Shown piece by piece: positions 17,360-27,807 of a stretch of 64,000 nucleotides of DNA (position 1 is the stretch's first letter; each line of letters starts with the position of its first letter). This DNA is from Tannerellaceae bacterium (lineage in GTDB: Bacteria; Bacteroidota; Bacteroidia; Bacteroidales; CAMTPD01), in NCBI GenBank assembly GCA_051656605.1, contig JBOGCF010000015.1, positions 19,527 through 83,526 of the forward strand, read 5' to 3'. A program made the translations under genes and the position numbers. The notes under the pieces were generated by a model. It was not told where the DNA came from and ran no database searches. It saw nothing but the letters and a program-made list of their open reading frames with translations.

Positions 17360-17600
17360 CTATCGAAAACGTCTTCAATGAAAACAGAAAAGTGTTTTCG
17401 TCGAAGACGTTTTTGCGTTTTCATTGAAGACGATTTGCCATTATCGTTACATTGTGAGAGGCTATTTGCGGGATTGTGCGTTCGTGCTGTAAGAACCTAA
17501 TGAGGTTTTCGAGCAAACCATGCATGCTTTTTGGAAAAACCAAATAAAGTTTTTGCAAGAACCTTGCATGCTTTTTGCCCCAATGAAGTGGCATGCATAT
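17360..17600 (+). repeat. dispersed structured repeat, copy A (GAAGAC hairpin module plus 22-nt phased T5G module)
   Basis: Hairpin module at 17366-17432. T-tract units start at 17506, 17528, 17550 and 17572. Shares words with copy B: GTTTTCnnnGAAGACnGTTTTGCGTT, AAATAARGTTTTTGCMAGAAC, GCAAA(A)CCATGCATG. Confidence 0.6.
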
Positions 17601-17730
17601 AAAAAGGAAGTAATAGATCTCACACGCAGACCTTTCTAAAAAGTAGCAAAACAGCTACTTACTGTATTTTGAGGTGTTTGGTCTTTGTTGGGATGAAGCG
17701 ACAGCGGGTCATGTAAGCTCTCGTCGTTCT

Positions 17731-18288
17731 TTAAATAAGCTTGTTTACAGCCATGTATTTCCAAAGAGCGGCGGCATGAAGCGACTGCTTTATCTTGTCG
17801 TCAAATAACAACTGTTTTACCTCTTCCAAGTCAAGTTCTACTACCTCCAAGTCTTCGGCGGCATCGAGATGTTGCTCGCTTATTTTCTCTACATCGGTAG
17901 CCAAAAACGAGTAGCATAGGTTGGTATGTGTACTCGGATTGGCCGATAGTACCGACCATTGTTCCCAATTACCATCGCCATAACCGGTTTCTTCGAGCAA
18001 TTCTCTTTGTGCCGTTTCCAGAGGCGACAGGTCTGTCGCGTCGCATACACCGGCCGTCAACTCGTAGAAGTATTGTTGCAAACCGTGTCTGTATTGATAA
18101 ATGAAAAGAAACTTACCCGCTTTGGTGATGGCGATCACATTGATCCAATTCGGATACTCCAAAATATAGTAATCGGGAATGATGGCTCCGTTCGAAACCT
18201 TAACAGAGTCCCGTCTCAGTGTACACCATGGTTCGTTGTGCAGGTAGTCGGAGGAAAGTACCTCCCACAGCTTCGGTTCTTTTTTCAT
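17731..18288 (-). CDS. NUDIX hydrolase
   Basis: Nudix box GVCDATDLSPLETAQRELLEETGY (Gx5Ex7REUxEExGU). Confidence 0.85.
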   Translation of the reverse strand: MKKEPKLWEVLSSDYLHNEPWCTLRRDSVKVSNGAIIPDYYILEYPNWINVIAITKAGKFLFIYQYRHGLQQYFYELTAGVCDATDLSPLETAQRELLEETGYGDGNWEQWSVLSANPSTHTNLCYSFLATDVEKISEQHLDAAEDLEVVELDLEEVKQLLFDDKIKQSLHAAALWKYMAVNKLI

Positions 18289-18300
18289 ATCTGATGTTTT

Positions 18301-19053
18301 TTAAATGACTTCGAAAGCGTGGTCGCCACGCCAATGCTGTTTGATATACTCAACCTTTTCGTCTTCTGTTACGATGAAGTCGATTTCTGACAACGAGGCA
18401 ACGTGAAAATTTCTTGCCGTATCTAGCTTGTTGGCATTGGCAAGTACAACTCGCTTTTTTCCGCGCTCAATCATGCAATGTTTGATCATAGCCTCTTCGC
18501 GGTCGGAAGTTGTCAATCCTTTTTTCGGATGAATATCACTTATTCCAATGATAACCCAATCTGCCGTGATTGTTTGTAGCATTTGGTATACAGAGATGCC
18601 TACGGTAACTTGAGAGGGTGCGAAGACTTTGCCTCCCAAAAGAATCAAATCGATTTTCGGGTTGTTCGAAAGTTCGGTAGCGATAGGTAGGCAATTCGTA
18701 TATACGGTAAAGCATTTGTCTTTGGGCAACTGCTTGGCCACTTCGAGGTTTGTAGTACCGCCATCGATCAAGATAACATCTCCTTCTTTAAATAAGGTAA
18801 CCAGTTTGGCTGCCATTTGTTGCTTTAAGGTGGTTTCCGTATGTAAGCGTTCGGTAAACTGAATGGAGATTTCCGATTTGGCAATGGCACCGCCATGAAC
18901 CTTGGTGAGCAGCCCTTCGTTTTCGAGTTCGACCAGATCTCTTCTCAAGGTGTCGTCGGAGACGCCAAGTGCTTTGCTCATGTCGGTAATACTAATGCGG
19001 CCACCTTTGCATATTTGGTCGATGAGGTATTGTTGTCGTTCTTTTTTCAGCAT
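18301..19053 (-). CDS. DeoR/GlpR-family transcriptional regulator
   Basis: N-terminal HTH (RISITDMSKALGVSDDTLRRDLVELE) plus a DeoR C-terminal sugar-phosphate sensor domain. I use the Met12 start (complement of 19051-19053). The ORF extends to 19086. Confidence 0.85.
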   Translation of the reverse strand: MLKKERQQYLIDQICKGGRISITDMSKALGVSDDTLRRDLVELENEGLLTKVHGGAIAKSEISIQFTERLHTETTLKQQMAAKLVTLFKEGDVILIDGGTTNLEVAKQLPKDKCFTVYTNCLPIATELSNNPKIDLILLGGKVFAPSQVTVGISVYQMLQTITADWVIIGISDIHPKKGLTTSDREEAMIKHCMIERGKKRVVLANANKLDTARNFHVASLSEIDFIVTEDEKVEYIKQHWRGDHAFEVI

Positions 19054-19266
19054 GATCGGGTTCTTAAAAGTTGCATAACTGCGCAAATATAGATACGTTA
19101 GAATGATAAATCAATTTTGATTGAGGAATTTTATGCGGTTTTGCGGTATTTTGATCGTTTTCGTTTCTCGCTTCTTTTTTACCGCAAGATGGGTTTAAAT
19201 CCCGCATCGGCTTGATGTTTTTCAGTTGGAGTTTTCGGTTTTATATACAGTTAATAGATTGTAAAA

Positions 19267-19902
19267 ATGAAGTACAAACATGTTATTTTTGATGTTGACG
19301 GAACACTACTCGATAGCGAGTTTGCCGTGTTGAGTGCATGGCGTGATACGCTGGAAGAACTGCAAAACAAGGTGTATTCGGAAGATGAGCTTTTGTTTAC
19401 ATTGGGGATTCCCGGTGAGGTTACGTTGGCTAGATTGGGCGTAGCAGATGTAGATGCCGGTTATAAATTGTGGTGGCGTTACTTTGCAAAGTATACGGCT
19501 TCGATACAACTGTTCGAGTCTGTTGTGCCAATGCTGGAGGAGTTGCGCTCGAAAGGATACAAGTTGGGGATTGTGACTTCAAAGCCTCGCAGCGAGTTTG
19601 ACACAGATAAAGAATTGTTGCGTATCACCAAACTGCTTGGTACGATTATTTGTGTGGAAGACTCGGAGCGACCAAAGCCGTATGCCGATCCCATCTTGAA
19701 GTATATGGAGCTAGAAGGAATTACAGCGAAGGATGCAATCTACATTGGTGATTCCGTATACGATTACCAGTGTGCGCGAAGTGCCGGGGTCGACTTTGGC
19801 CTTGCTGCGTGGGGAAAGTCTTTTGCGCAAGATATTGACGCAAACTTTACGCTGAAACACCCCAAAGAGGTACTCGAGGTAGTTGTTTCTGCTACGCGTT
19901 GA
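19267..19902 (+). CDS. HAD-IA family hydrolase (phosphatase)
   Basis: Motif I FDVDGTLLDS, motif II VTSK, motif IV GDSVYD. Confidence 0.85.
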   Translation: MKYKHVIFDVDGTLLDSEFAVLSAWRDTLEELQNKVYSEDELLFTLGIPGEVTLARLGVADVDAGYKLWWRYFAKYTASIQLFESVVPMLEELRSKGYKLGIVTSKPRSEFDTDKELLRITKLLGTIICVEDSERPKPYADPILKYMELEGITAKDAIYIGDSVYDYQCARSAGVDFGLAAWGKSFAQDIDANFTLKHPKEVLEVVVSATR

Positions 19903-19915
19903 GATGTGATGAAAA

Positions 19916-19962
19916 ATGCCTCGCTACGTTTCGGTTGTCGAAGCGTAGCGAGGCATGCTTGT
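19916..19962. terminator. bidirectional terminator between the convergent HAD and LTA-synthase genes
   Basis: ATGCCTCGCTACG ... CGTAGCGAGGCAT perfect 13-bp stem, flanked by AAAAA upstream and a T-rich tail downstream. Confidence 0.85.
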
Positions 19963-19975
19963 TTTAGCCGCAGTG

Positions 19976-21820
19976 TTATCGTTTGCCGAGGTCGTCGTAA
20001 AGCGACTGTACAAATGCTTTTACTTTGTCGGCATATTGCGGAGTAGTTTCTGTGTCTTGAGCAAGTTGTATCGTTTTCGAGTCGGCATCGAATACCACGT
20101 TTTGCGTAGAGTCGAGGATGCCGAAGCCGTTGCTGAAACTGTAATAGGCGAATTGAGGAGCTTCGGGATTCATCATGTTTTTGCTGAATTCAAACTCACT
20201 GTAATCGATATCCATTTGTCCCAAAAGGGTGGCTGCAAGGTCGATCTGCGAACCGTAACGTTCTATTGTTTTTGGTTGTTCGATAGCTCCACCTGCCCAA
20301 ATCATCGGGATGTGATAGCGGGCAGGCGTGTAGTTGTCGAGCGTGTCAGGATATCTGAATCCGTGATCCGATACAAAGATCAGCAAGGAGTTGTCCCATT
20401 TGCCCGAAGCTTTGAGGGAGTCGGTAAATACACCGATGCAACTATCGGCAAACGCTACAGTGTTGAGATACGGATTTTCAAACTTATGGTACGGAACCTC
20501 AAAGGGTTCGTGACTACTCAATGTAAGGAACGTTCTGAACACCGGCATGCTGCTTGTGTCTTGCATCACGTCGTTGTACAACCACTTGAAGGTGACATCA
20601 TCGTTTGCTCCCCACTTCGAAAGCTTGTCTGACAGTGGAAAGTTTGCATCGCTAATGATGCGTTCGTAACCACCTGCCCTGAAGTGCGACTGCATGTTGG
20701 TAAAGTTGATGTCGCCACCATAAAGAAACTCCGATCGATATCCGTTCTTATTGAGCGAGCGGGCTAGGGAAGGGAGCGACTGGCTCTTGGCCGGGTACTT
20801 CATAATCGAGGTAGACGGTTGAGCCGGGTAGCCGTTGATGACAGAAACCAAACCGCGGTCGGTTCTGAACGTATTGGTGTAGAAGTTTTCAAACAGGATG
20901 CCTTCTTTGCTCAGCTTGTCGAGGTTGGGTGTAATGTCCGGAGTACCACCAAGTGCTTCAACGGCATTGGCCGAGAAGCTTTCGAGGATGATCAAATAGA
21001 TGTCAGGGCGTTTGTTGCGAAGCAGCGTGTGAGCCGAATCGGGACTAAAAGTGCCGTTGTGCTTTTCGAGCATCTCGGCAAAGAGCGTTTCGCGAGTGCC
21101 TTCTTCGAGGTAGTCATACATCTTGTCAAAAGCCTTTTGTTTCGAGATTGACGAAAGCAGACTGAAGGCCGGGTTGATGGCTGCATGATTGAAGAAGAGG
21201 TTCGGACTGTAATACACCATACCTACATTGGCTGTAGAAACGGTAACGCCGCCGCGAATTGCAATAAACAATACTCCGCCCAGCAGAAGTGCAACAGGAG
21301 TGGTTGTTATCGGGTTGCATCGCGACGTATAACTAGTATTTGTCGATAGTACGAATCGTTGCAACCATTTATACGCTACCCATCCGTAGAGTACACCTAT
21401 CAAAACTTGTCTTAGAATCACCCAAATGTTGGTGGATGCCATGGCTAGTTTCGGATTAGTGAGGTAGAATAGAGGCGTTGCATCCAATCGGAATCCCCAA
21501 AAACCGTATAGTTCGAGATCGACCGAAAAGATCACCGCCAAAAGTGCACATATAACGATGAGGTAGTATTTGAGGATGGTATTGAACAGTTTTGTAGGCC
21601 GGAAGATCGAAACAAGCATCATCAGCAGTGGAAGTGCGGTAATGTATCCCGCTACGGTAAGGTCGAGCGGAAGTCCGTGCCAAATGACATCGATAAAATC
21701 ACGGAAGCCCATTTGCTGCGTTTCGCTGCGATTAAACAACATAAACAGCGGCTTCTGAATGATTAGAAGCGGCAAAAGTGATAAAAACAACTTGATAGGT
21801 AGTGCTATTTTCTTAATCAT
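19976..21820 (-). CDS. LTA-synthase/sulfatase-family membrane phosphotransferase
   Basis: N-terminal multi-TM region followed by an alkaline-phosphatase-superfamily domain (IILESFSANA, LLIFVSDHGF). The Met34 start at 21820 is chosen because a terminator hairpin for the upstream gene occupies 21887-21933. Confidence 0.85.
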   Translation of the reverse strand: MIKKIALPIKLFLSLLPLLIIQKPLFMLFNRSETQQMGFRDFIDVIWHGLPLDLTVAGYITALPLLMMLVSIFRPTKLFNTILKYYLIVICALLAVIFSVDLELYGFWGFRLDATPLFYLTNPKLAMASTNIWVILRQVLIGVLYGWVAYKWLQRFVLSTNTSYTSRCNPITTTPVALLLGGVLFIAIRGGVTVSTANVGMVYYSPNLFFNHAAINPAFSLLSSISKQKAFDKMYDYLEEGTRETLFAEMLEKHNGTFSPDSAHTLLRNKRPDIYLIILESFSANAVEALGGTPDITPNLDKLSKEGILFENFYTNTFRTDRGLVSVINGYPAQPSTSIMKYPAKSQSLPSLARSLNKNGYRSEFLYGGDINFTNMQSHFRAGGYERIISDANFPLSDKLSKWGANDDVTFKWLYNDVMQDTSSMPVFRTFLTLSSHEPFEVPYHKFENPYLNTVAFADSCIGVFTDSLKASGKWDNSLLIFVSDHGFRYPDTLDNYTPARYHIPMIWAGGAIEQPKTIERYGSQIDLAATLLGQMDIDYSEFEFSKNMMNPEAPQFAYYSFSNGFGILDSTQNVVFDADSKTIQLAQDTETTPQYADKVKAFVQSLYDDLGKR

Positions 21821-21873
21821 AACTTGATTGTTCGATTGCGCAAAGCAGTTTTGAGGCGTCAAAGTTACGAAAC

Positions 21874-21933
21874 AAAAAATGAAAAACCCTGCTTTGCAAG
21901 GTTGCGTATTGTAAAGCAACCGGCAAAGCAGGG
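21874..21933 (-). terminator. rho-independent terminator after the ABC-F gene
   Basis: CCCTGCTTTGC ... GCAAAGCAGGG stem. On the minus strand it is followed by TTTTTCATTTTTT. Confidence 0.8.
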
Positions 21934-21962
21934 TAAATATTGTGAAACCAATAAGGTGTTTG

Positions 21963-23702
<1,740 letters not shown>

Positions 23703-23757
23703 TCAAATAATTGAGCTTTTTTGTATTGATAGTGCTGTAATTTGTAATAGGATTTAT

Positions 23758-23765
23758 TAATTTTG
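23758..23765 (+). promoter_or_regulatory. TAnnTTTG motif for purH
   Basis: TAATTTTG, 30 nt upstream of the ATG at 23795. Confidence 0.4.
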
Positions 23766-23794
23766 CATGCCAAACACATATAATACGAATCTAA

Positions 23795-25318
23795 ATGTCG
23801 GGAACAAAAAGAATTAAAAATGCGTTGGTGTCTGTTTTTCATAAAGACGGACTGGATGAAATCCTTAAAAAGCTACATGCTGAGGGAGTTAGTTTTCTTT
23901 CAACCGGAGGCACACAAGAGTTTATCGAATCTTTAGGCTTGCCATGCAAAGCAGTAGAAGACCTTACAGGTTACCCTTCAATCTTGGGTGGTCGCGTAAA
24001 AACACTTCACCCGAAAGTATTCGGAGGTATTCTTTGCAGAAGAGAGAATGAAGGCGATATTCAGCAAATCGAACAATATGAGATTCCTGAAATCGATCTT
24101 GTAATCGTAGATTTGTATCCGTTTGAACAAACGGTAGCTTCGGGAGCAGAGGAAGCTGCTATTATCGAGAAAATCGATATAGGTGGTATCTCTTTGATTC
24201 GTGGTGCTGCTAAAAACTTCAAGGATGTTGTTATCGTAGCTTCTAAAGGTCAGTATCAGCCATTGTTGGAGATCCTTAACGAAAAAGGAGCCGAAACATC
24301 GCTAGATGATCGTAAATGGTTCGCGAAAGAAGCATTTGGTGTGTCATCGGCATATGATAGCGCTATTTTTAACTACTTCGATGCTGAAGAAAACTCTGCA
24401 CTTCGTATCACAGCGAATGATGCAAAAGTACTTCGTTATGGTGAGAACCCTCATCAAAAAGGAGTATTTTACGGTAAGTTTGAAGAGATGTTTGATCAAT
24501 TGCAAGGCAAAGAAATTTCATACAATAACTTGTTGGATATTGATGCTGCTGTGGCTTTGATCAGCGAATTTGAAGAACTTACTTTCGCGGTATTGAAACA
24601 CAACAACGCTTGTGGTATTGCTTCTCGTCCTACAGTGCTTGAGGCTTGGAATGCTGCTCTTGCAGGTGACCCGGTTTCTGCTTTCGGCGGAATTCTTGTT
24701 ACAAACGCAAAAGTAGATAAAGCTGCTGCTGAAGAAATCAATAAGATCTTCTTTGAAGTAATTATTGCTCCTGCATACGATGAAGATGCATTGGAGGTTC
24801 TTAAGCAAAAGAAAAATAGAATCATTTTGATTCAAAAGCCTGTAGAAACATCAAAGGTTCAGTTCCGTTCGTTGCTTAACGGTGTGTTGGTGCAAGATAA
24901 AGATCTTAGTACACATACAGTAGAGGATCTTAAAGTTGTTACAACGAAAGCTCCTTCTACAACAGAGGTGGAAGATCTTTTGTTTGCAAACAAATTGGTA
25001 AAACATACCAAATCAAATGCTATCATTTTAGCTAAAAACAAACAGCTTTGCGCAAGCGGTGTAGGTCAAACTTCACGTGTTGATGCGCTTAAGCAGGCAA
25101 TTGAAAAGGCCGGTGCGTTTGGGTTTGATTTGCACGGAGCAGTAATGGCTTCGGATGCTTTCTTCCCATTCCCTGACTGTGTTGAGATTGCTGATAATGC
25201 CGGTATTACCGCTGTTGTTCAGCCTGGCGGCTCTATCAAAGATAATCTTTCAGTAGACTACTGCGATGAGCATGGTTTAGCAATGGTGATGACTGGTGTT
25301 CGTCATTTTAAACACTAA
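23795..25318 (+). CDS. purH: bifunctional AICAR transformylase / IMP cyclohydrolase
   Basis: 507 aa. MGS-like N-domain (LSTGGTQEFI) and C-terminal VVQPGGSIKD and TGVRHFKH motifs. Confidence 0.95.
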   Translation: MSGTKRIKNALVSVFHKDGLDEILKKLHAEGVSFLSTGGTQEFIESLGLPCKAVEDLTGYPSILGGRVKTLHPKVFGGILCRRENEGDIQQIEQYEIPEIDLVIVDLYPFEQTVASGAEEAAIIEKIDIGGISLIRGAAKNFKDVVIVASKGQYQPLLEILNEKGAETSLDDRKWFAKEAFGVSSAYDSAIFNYFDAEENSALRITANDAKVLRYGENPHQKGVFYGKFEEMFDQLQGKEISYNNLLDIDAAVALISEFEELTFAVLKHNNACGIASRPTVLEAWNAALAGDPVSAFGGILVTNAKVDKAAAEEINKIFFEVIIAPAYDEDALEVLKQKKNRIILIQKPVETSKVQFRSLLNGVLVQDKDLSTHTVEDLKVVTTKAPSTTEVEDLLFANKLVKHTKSNAIILAKNKQLCASGVGQTSRVDALKQAIEKAGAFGFDLHGAVMASDAFFPFPDCVEIADNAGITAVVQPGGSIKDNLSVDYCDEHGLAMVMTGVRHFKH

Positions 25319-25338
25319 ACTTAAAAAAATCTACTTAA

Positions 25339-26358
25339 ATGGGATTGTTCTCTTTTACACAAGAAATAGCCATTGACTTAGGTACCGCAAATACAATCAT
25401 TATCTCAGGAGGTAAAATTGTAATTGATGAACCGTCGGTGGTAGCCCTTGACCGAAGAACCGATAAATTGTTGGCTGTTGGAGACAAGGCTCGTCAAATG
25501 CACGGGAAAACGCACGAGAATATTCGCACGATCCGTCCGCTTCGTGACGGGGTGATTGCAGACTTCTATGCGGCAGAACAGATGATGCGTGGGATGATTA
25601 AGATGATTAATCAGCGTAAACCTTGGTTTTCACCTTCATTGCGTATTGTTGTATGTATTCCTTCGGGAAGTACAGAGGTTGAGATTCGTGCCGTACGTGA
25701 CTCTGCCGAGCATGCCGGTGGTCGCGATGTGTATATGATTTATGAACCAATGGCTGCGGCAATTGGTATCGGTATCGATGTAGAGGCTCCGGAAGGTAAT
25801 ATGATTGTAGATATAGGTGGTGGTACTACTGAAATTGCGGTTATCTCGCTTGGTGGTATCGTATCTAATAAGTCTATTCGCATTGCCGGTGACGACTTTA
25901 CGGATGATATCAAAGAGTATATGCGTCGTCAGCATAATGTAAAAGTTGGAGAACGCACGGCAGAGATGATTAAGATCAATGTAGGTTCAGCGCTTACATT
26001 CCTTGATAATCCGCCTGAAGATTACATTGTGCATGGTCCTAATCAAATGACTGCTCTTCCTATGGAAGTGCCTGTTTCTTATCAAGAGGTAGCCCATTGT
26101 TTGGATAAATCGGTTTCAAAGATCGAAGCTGCGGTATTAAGTGCACTAGAGCAAACTCCGCCGGAGTTGTATGCTGATATTGTACGTAATGGTATTTATC
26201 TTGCCGGTGGTGGAGCATTGCTTCGCGGGTTGGATAAACGCTTGACCGATAAAATCAATATTCCGTTCCACATTGCTGAAGATCCTCTTCACGCAGTAGC
26301 TAAAGGAACTGGTGTTGCTTTGAAAAATATCGACAAGTTCAATTTCTTGATTCGATAA
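25339..26358 (+). CDS. mreB: rod shape-determining protein MreB
   Basis: Actin-fold motifs IDLGTANT, DIGGGTTE, LAGGGALLRGLD. Confidence 0.95.
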   Translation: MGLFSFTQEIAIDLGTANTIIISGGKIVIDEPSVVALDRRTDKLLAVGDKARQMHGKTHENIRTIRPLRDGVIADFYAAEQMMRGMIKMINQRKPWFSPSLRIVVCIPSGSTEVEIRAVRDSAEHAGGRDVYMIYEPMAAAIGIGIDVEAPEGNMIVDIGGGTTEIAVISLGGIVSNKSIRIAGDDFTDDIKEYMRRQHNVKVGERTAEMIKINVGSALTFLDNPPEDYIVHGPNQMTALPMEVPVSYQEVAHCLDKSVSKIEAAVLSALEQTPPELYADIVRNGIYLAGGGALLRGLDKRLTDKINIPFHIAEDPLHAVAKGTGVALKNIDKFNFLIR

Positions 26359-26379
26359 TTATCTGAGATTAAAATATAA

Positions 26380-26415
26380 AACGCCCTCTTACCCCAATTA
26401 AGAGGGCGTTTATTC
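26380..26415 (+). terminator. hairpin between mreB and mreC (terminator or attenuator)
   Basis: AACGCCCTCTT ... AAGAGGGCGTT 11-bp stem. Only a weak T tail (TATT). Confidence 0.5.
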
Positions 26416-26441
26416 AGTTATAAGGGTATCGCAACTACATC

Positions 26442-27299
26442 ATGCGTGAATTAATCAATTTTTTAGTTTCAAAAAGGCACTGGCTCTTATTCATTTTGCT
26501 TGAGATTGTCTCTTTTGTGATGTTGCTTAAGTACAATACGTTTCATCAAAGTGTATTTTTGAGTTCTGCTAATTCTATTTCGGGGCGTATTTATGCTGTT
26601 TCGGGTGAAGTAACCTCTTATTTTGATTTGAAATCTGTAAATAAGGAGTTATTGACACGCAACGGTGAGCTCGAAATGCAGGTAATTGCCTTGCAGAGTC
26701 AACTGCGCGAGATGAAGGCTGATCAAACAGAATATGCTGAGTTTTTGGTTGATTCGGTGAAACCCGCTGTTTATGATTTTGTATCGGCAGAGGTTGTAAA
26801 CAATACTGTTTCTCGGGTTGCAAACTTTGTAACGCTCAATAAAGGAAAGGAAGATGGTATTGCTCCTGATATGGGGGTGGTATCTCCTCAAGGTGTTGTA
26901 GGGATTGTGTCGGTTGTTTCAGATCATTTCTCTGTAGTAATTCCGGTTTTAAATCCTAAATTACGTTTGAGTTGTAAGGTGCTTGGAAGTAACTATTTTG
27001 GGTCTTTAGTGTGGGATGGTCGTTCGCCTCAGATTGCAAGCCTCGAAGAGCTGCCACGACATGTGGAATTTGCTAAAGGTGATACAATTGTTACGAGTGG
27101 TTTTTCTGCTGTATTTCCCGAAGGTATCCCTGTGGGGGTGGTGTCTGACTTCCGCAAACAAAAGAACGATAACTTCTACTCATTGGATATAAAGCTAGCT
27201 ACAGATTTCGCCTCGCTCAATGAAGTTAGGGTGATTCGTAATTTCCTACAATCCGAAAAAGAACAACTCGAAAAAGAAGCTCAGAAAAATGCTCAATAA
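26442..27299 (+). CDS. mreC: rod shape-determining protein MreC
   Basis: N-terminal TM segment, coiled coil (ELEMQVIALQSQLREMK) and a beta-rich C-domain. Sits between mreB and mreD. Confidence 0.85.
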   Translation: MRELINFLVSKRHWLLFILLEIVSFVMLLKYNTFHQSVFLSSANSISGRIYAVSGEVTSYFDLKSVNKELLTRNGELEMQVIALQSQLREMKADQTEYAEFLVDSVKPAVYDFVSAEVVNNTVSRVANFVTLNKGKEDGIAPDMGVVSPQGVVGIVSVVSDHFSVVIPVLNPKLRLSCKVLGSNYFGSLVWDGRSPQIASLEELPRHVEFAKGDTIVTSGFSAVFPEGIPVGVVSDFRKQKNDNFYSLDIKLATDFASLNEVRVIRNFLQSEKEQLEKEAQKNAQ

Positions 27300-27807
27300 T
27301 ACAATCCGAAATAGTATCTACTTTATAGTATTTGTAGTGTTACAAGTACTGCTGTTTAATCAGATTAGTTTTTTCAAAGTTGCTACGCCGTTTTTGTATA
27401 TCTATTTTATACTAAAATTGCCGGAAGGAACATCTCGTTCACTTGTTGTTTTTTATGGCTTTTTGACGGGTTTATCGATTGATATTTTTAGCAATACTCC
27501 CGGTATGCATGCAGCTGCGGCTACATTTGCCGGACTTGTGAGGTATCCTCTCATTAAACGACTGACAACAAAAGATATGGTCGAGACAGCTGCCCCTTCA
27601 TTCTACTCAATGGGTGCAGGTGGTTATACACGCTATGTAGTATTCTTTGTTTTGCTACATCATGCAGCTTTGCTCTTGATCGAATCATTTACCCTCTTTG
27701 ACCCGCTCTACTTGATCATTCGAATTCTGGCAAGTAGTGTTCTAACCATTATTTTATTATTAGCAATAGAAGGATTTAATTACGAGGTTTTGAAAAGTGA
27801 AGAATAA
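27289..27807 (+). CDS. mreD: rod shape-determining protein MreD
   Basis: 172-aa polytopic membrane protein. Overlaps the mreC end and the mrdA start, and sits in the canonical operon position. Confidence 0.75.
   Translation: MLNNTIRNSIYFIVFVVLQVLLFNQISFFKVATPFLYIYFILKLPEGTSRSLVVFYGFLTGLSIDIFSNTPGMHAAAATFAGLVRYPLIKRLTTKDMVETAAPSFYSMGAGGYTRYVVFFVLLHHAALLLIESFTLFDPLYLIIRILASSVLTIILLLAIEGFNYEVLKSEE

Noticed and set aside
21821-21919. N-terminal ORF extensions. These are LTA synthase to 21919, ABC-F to 23699, gldH to 31823, OmpA to 41153 (TTG), ABC ATPase to 42188, and propeller 2 to 53591.
   Set aside because: In each case an internal Met gives the expected N-terminus (signal peptide with lipobox, or the conserved ABC start). 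The extension also overlaps a terminator hairpin, a promoter region or another, better ORF.
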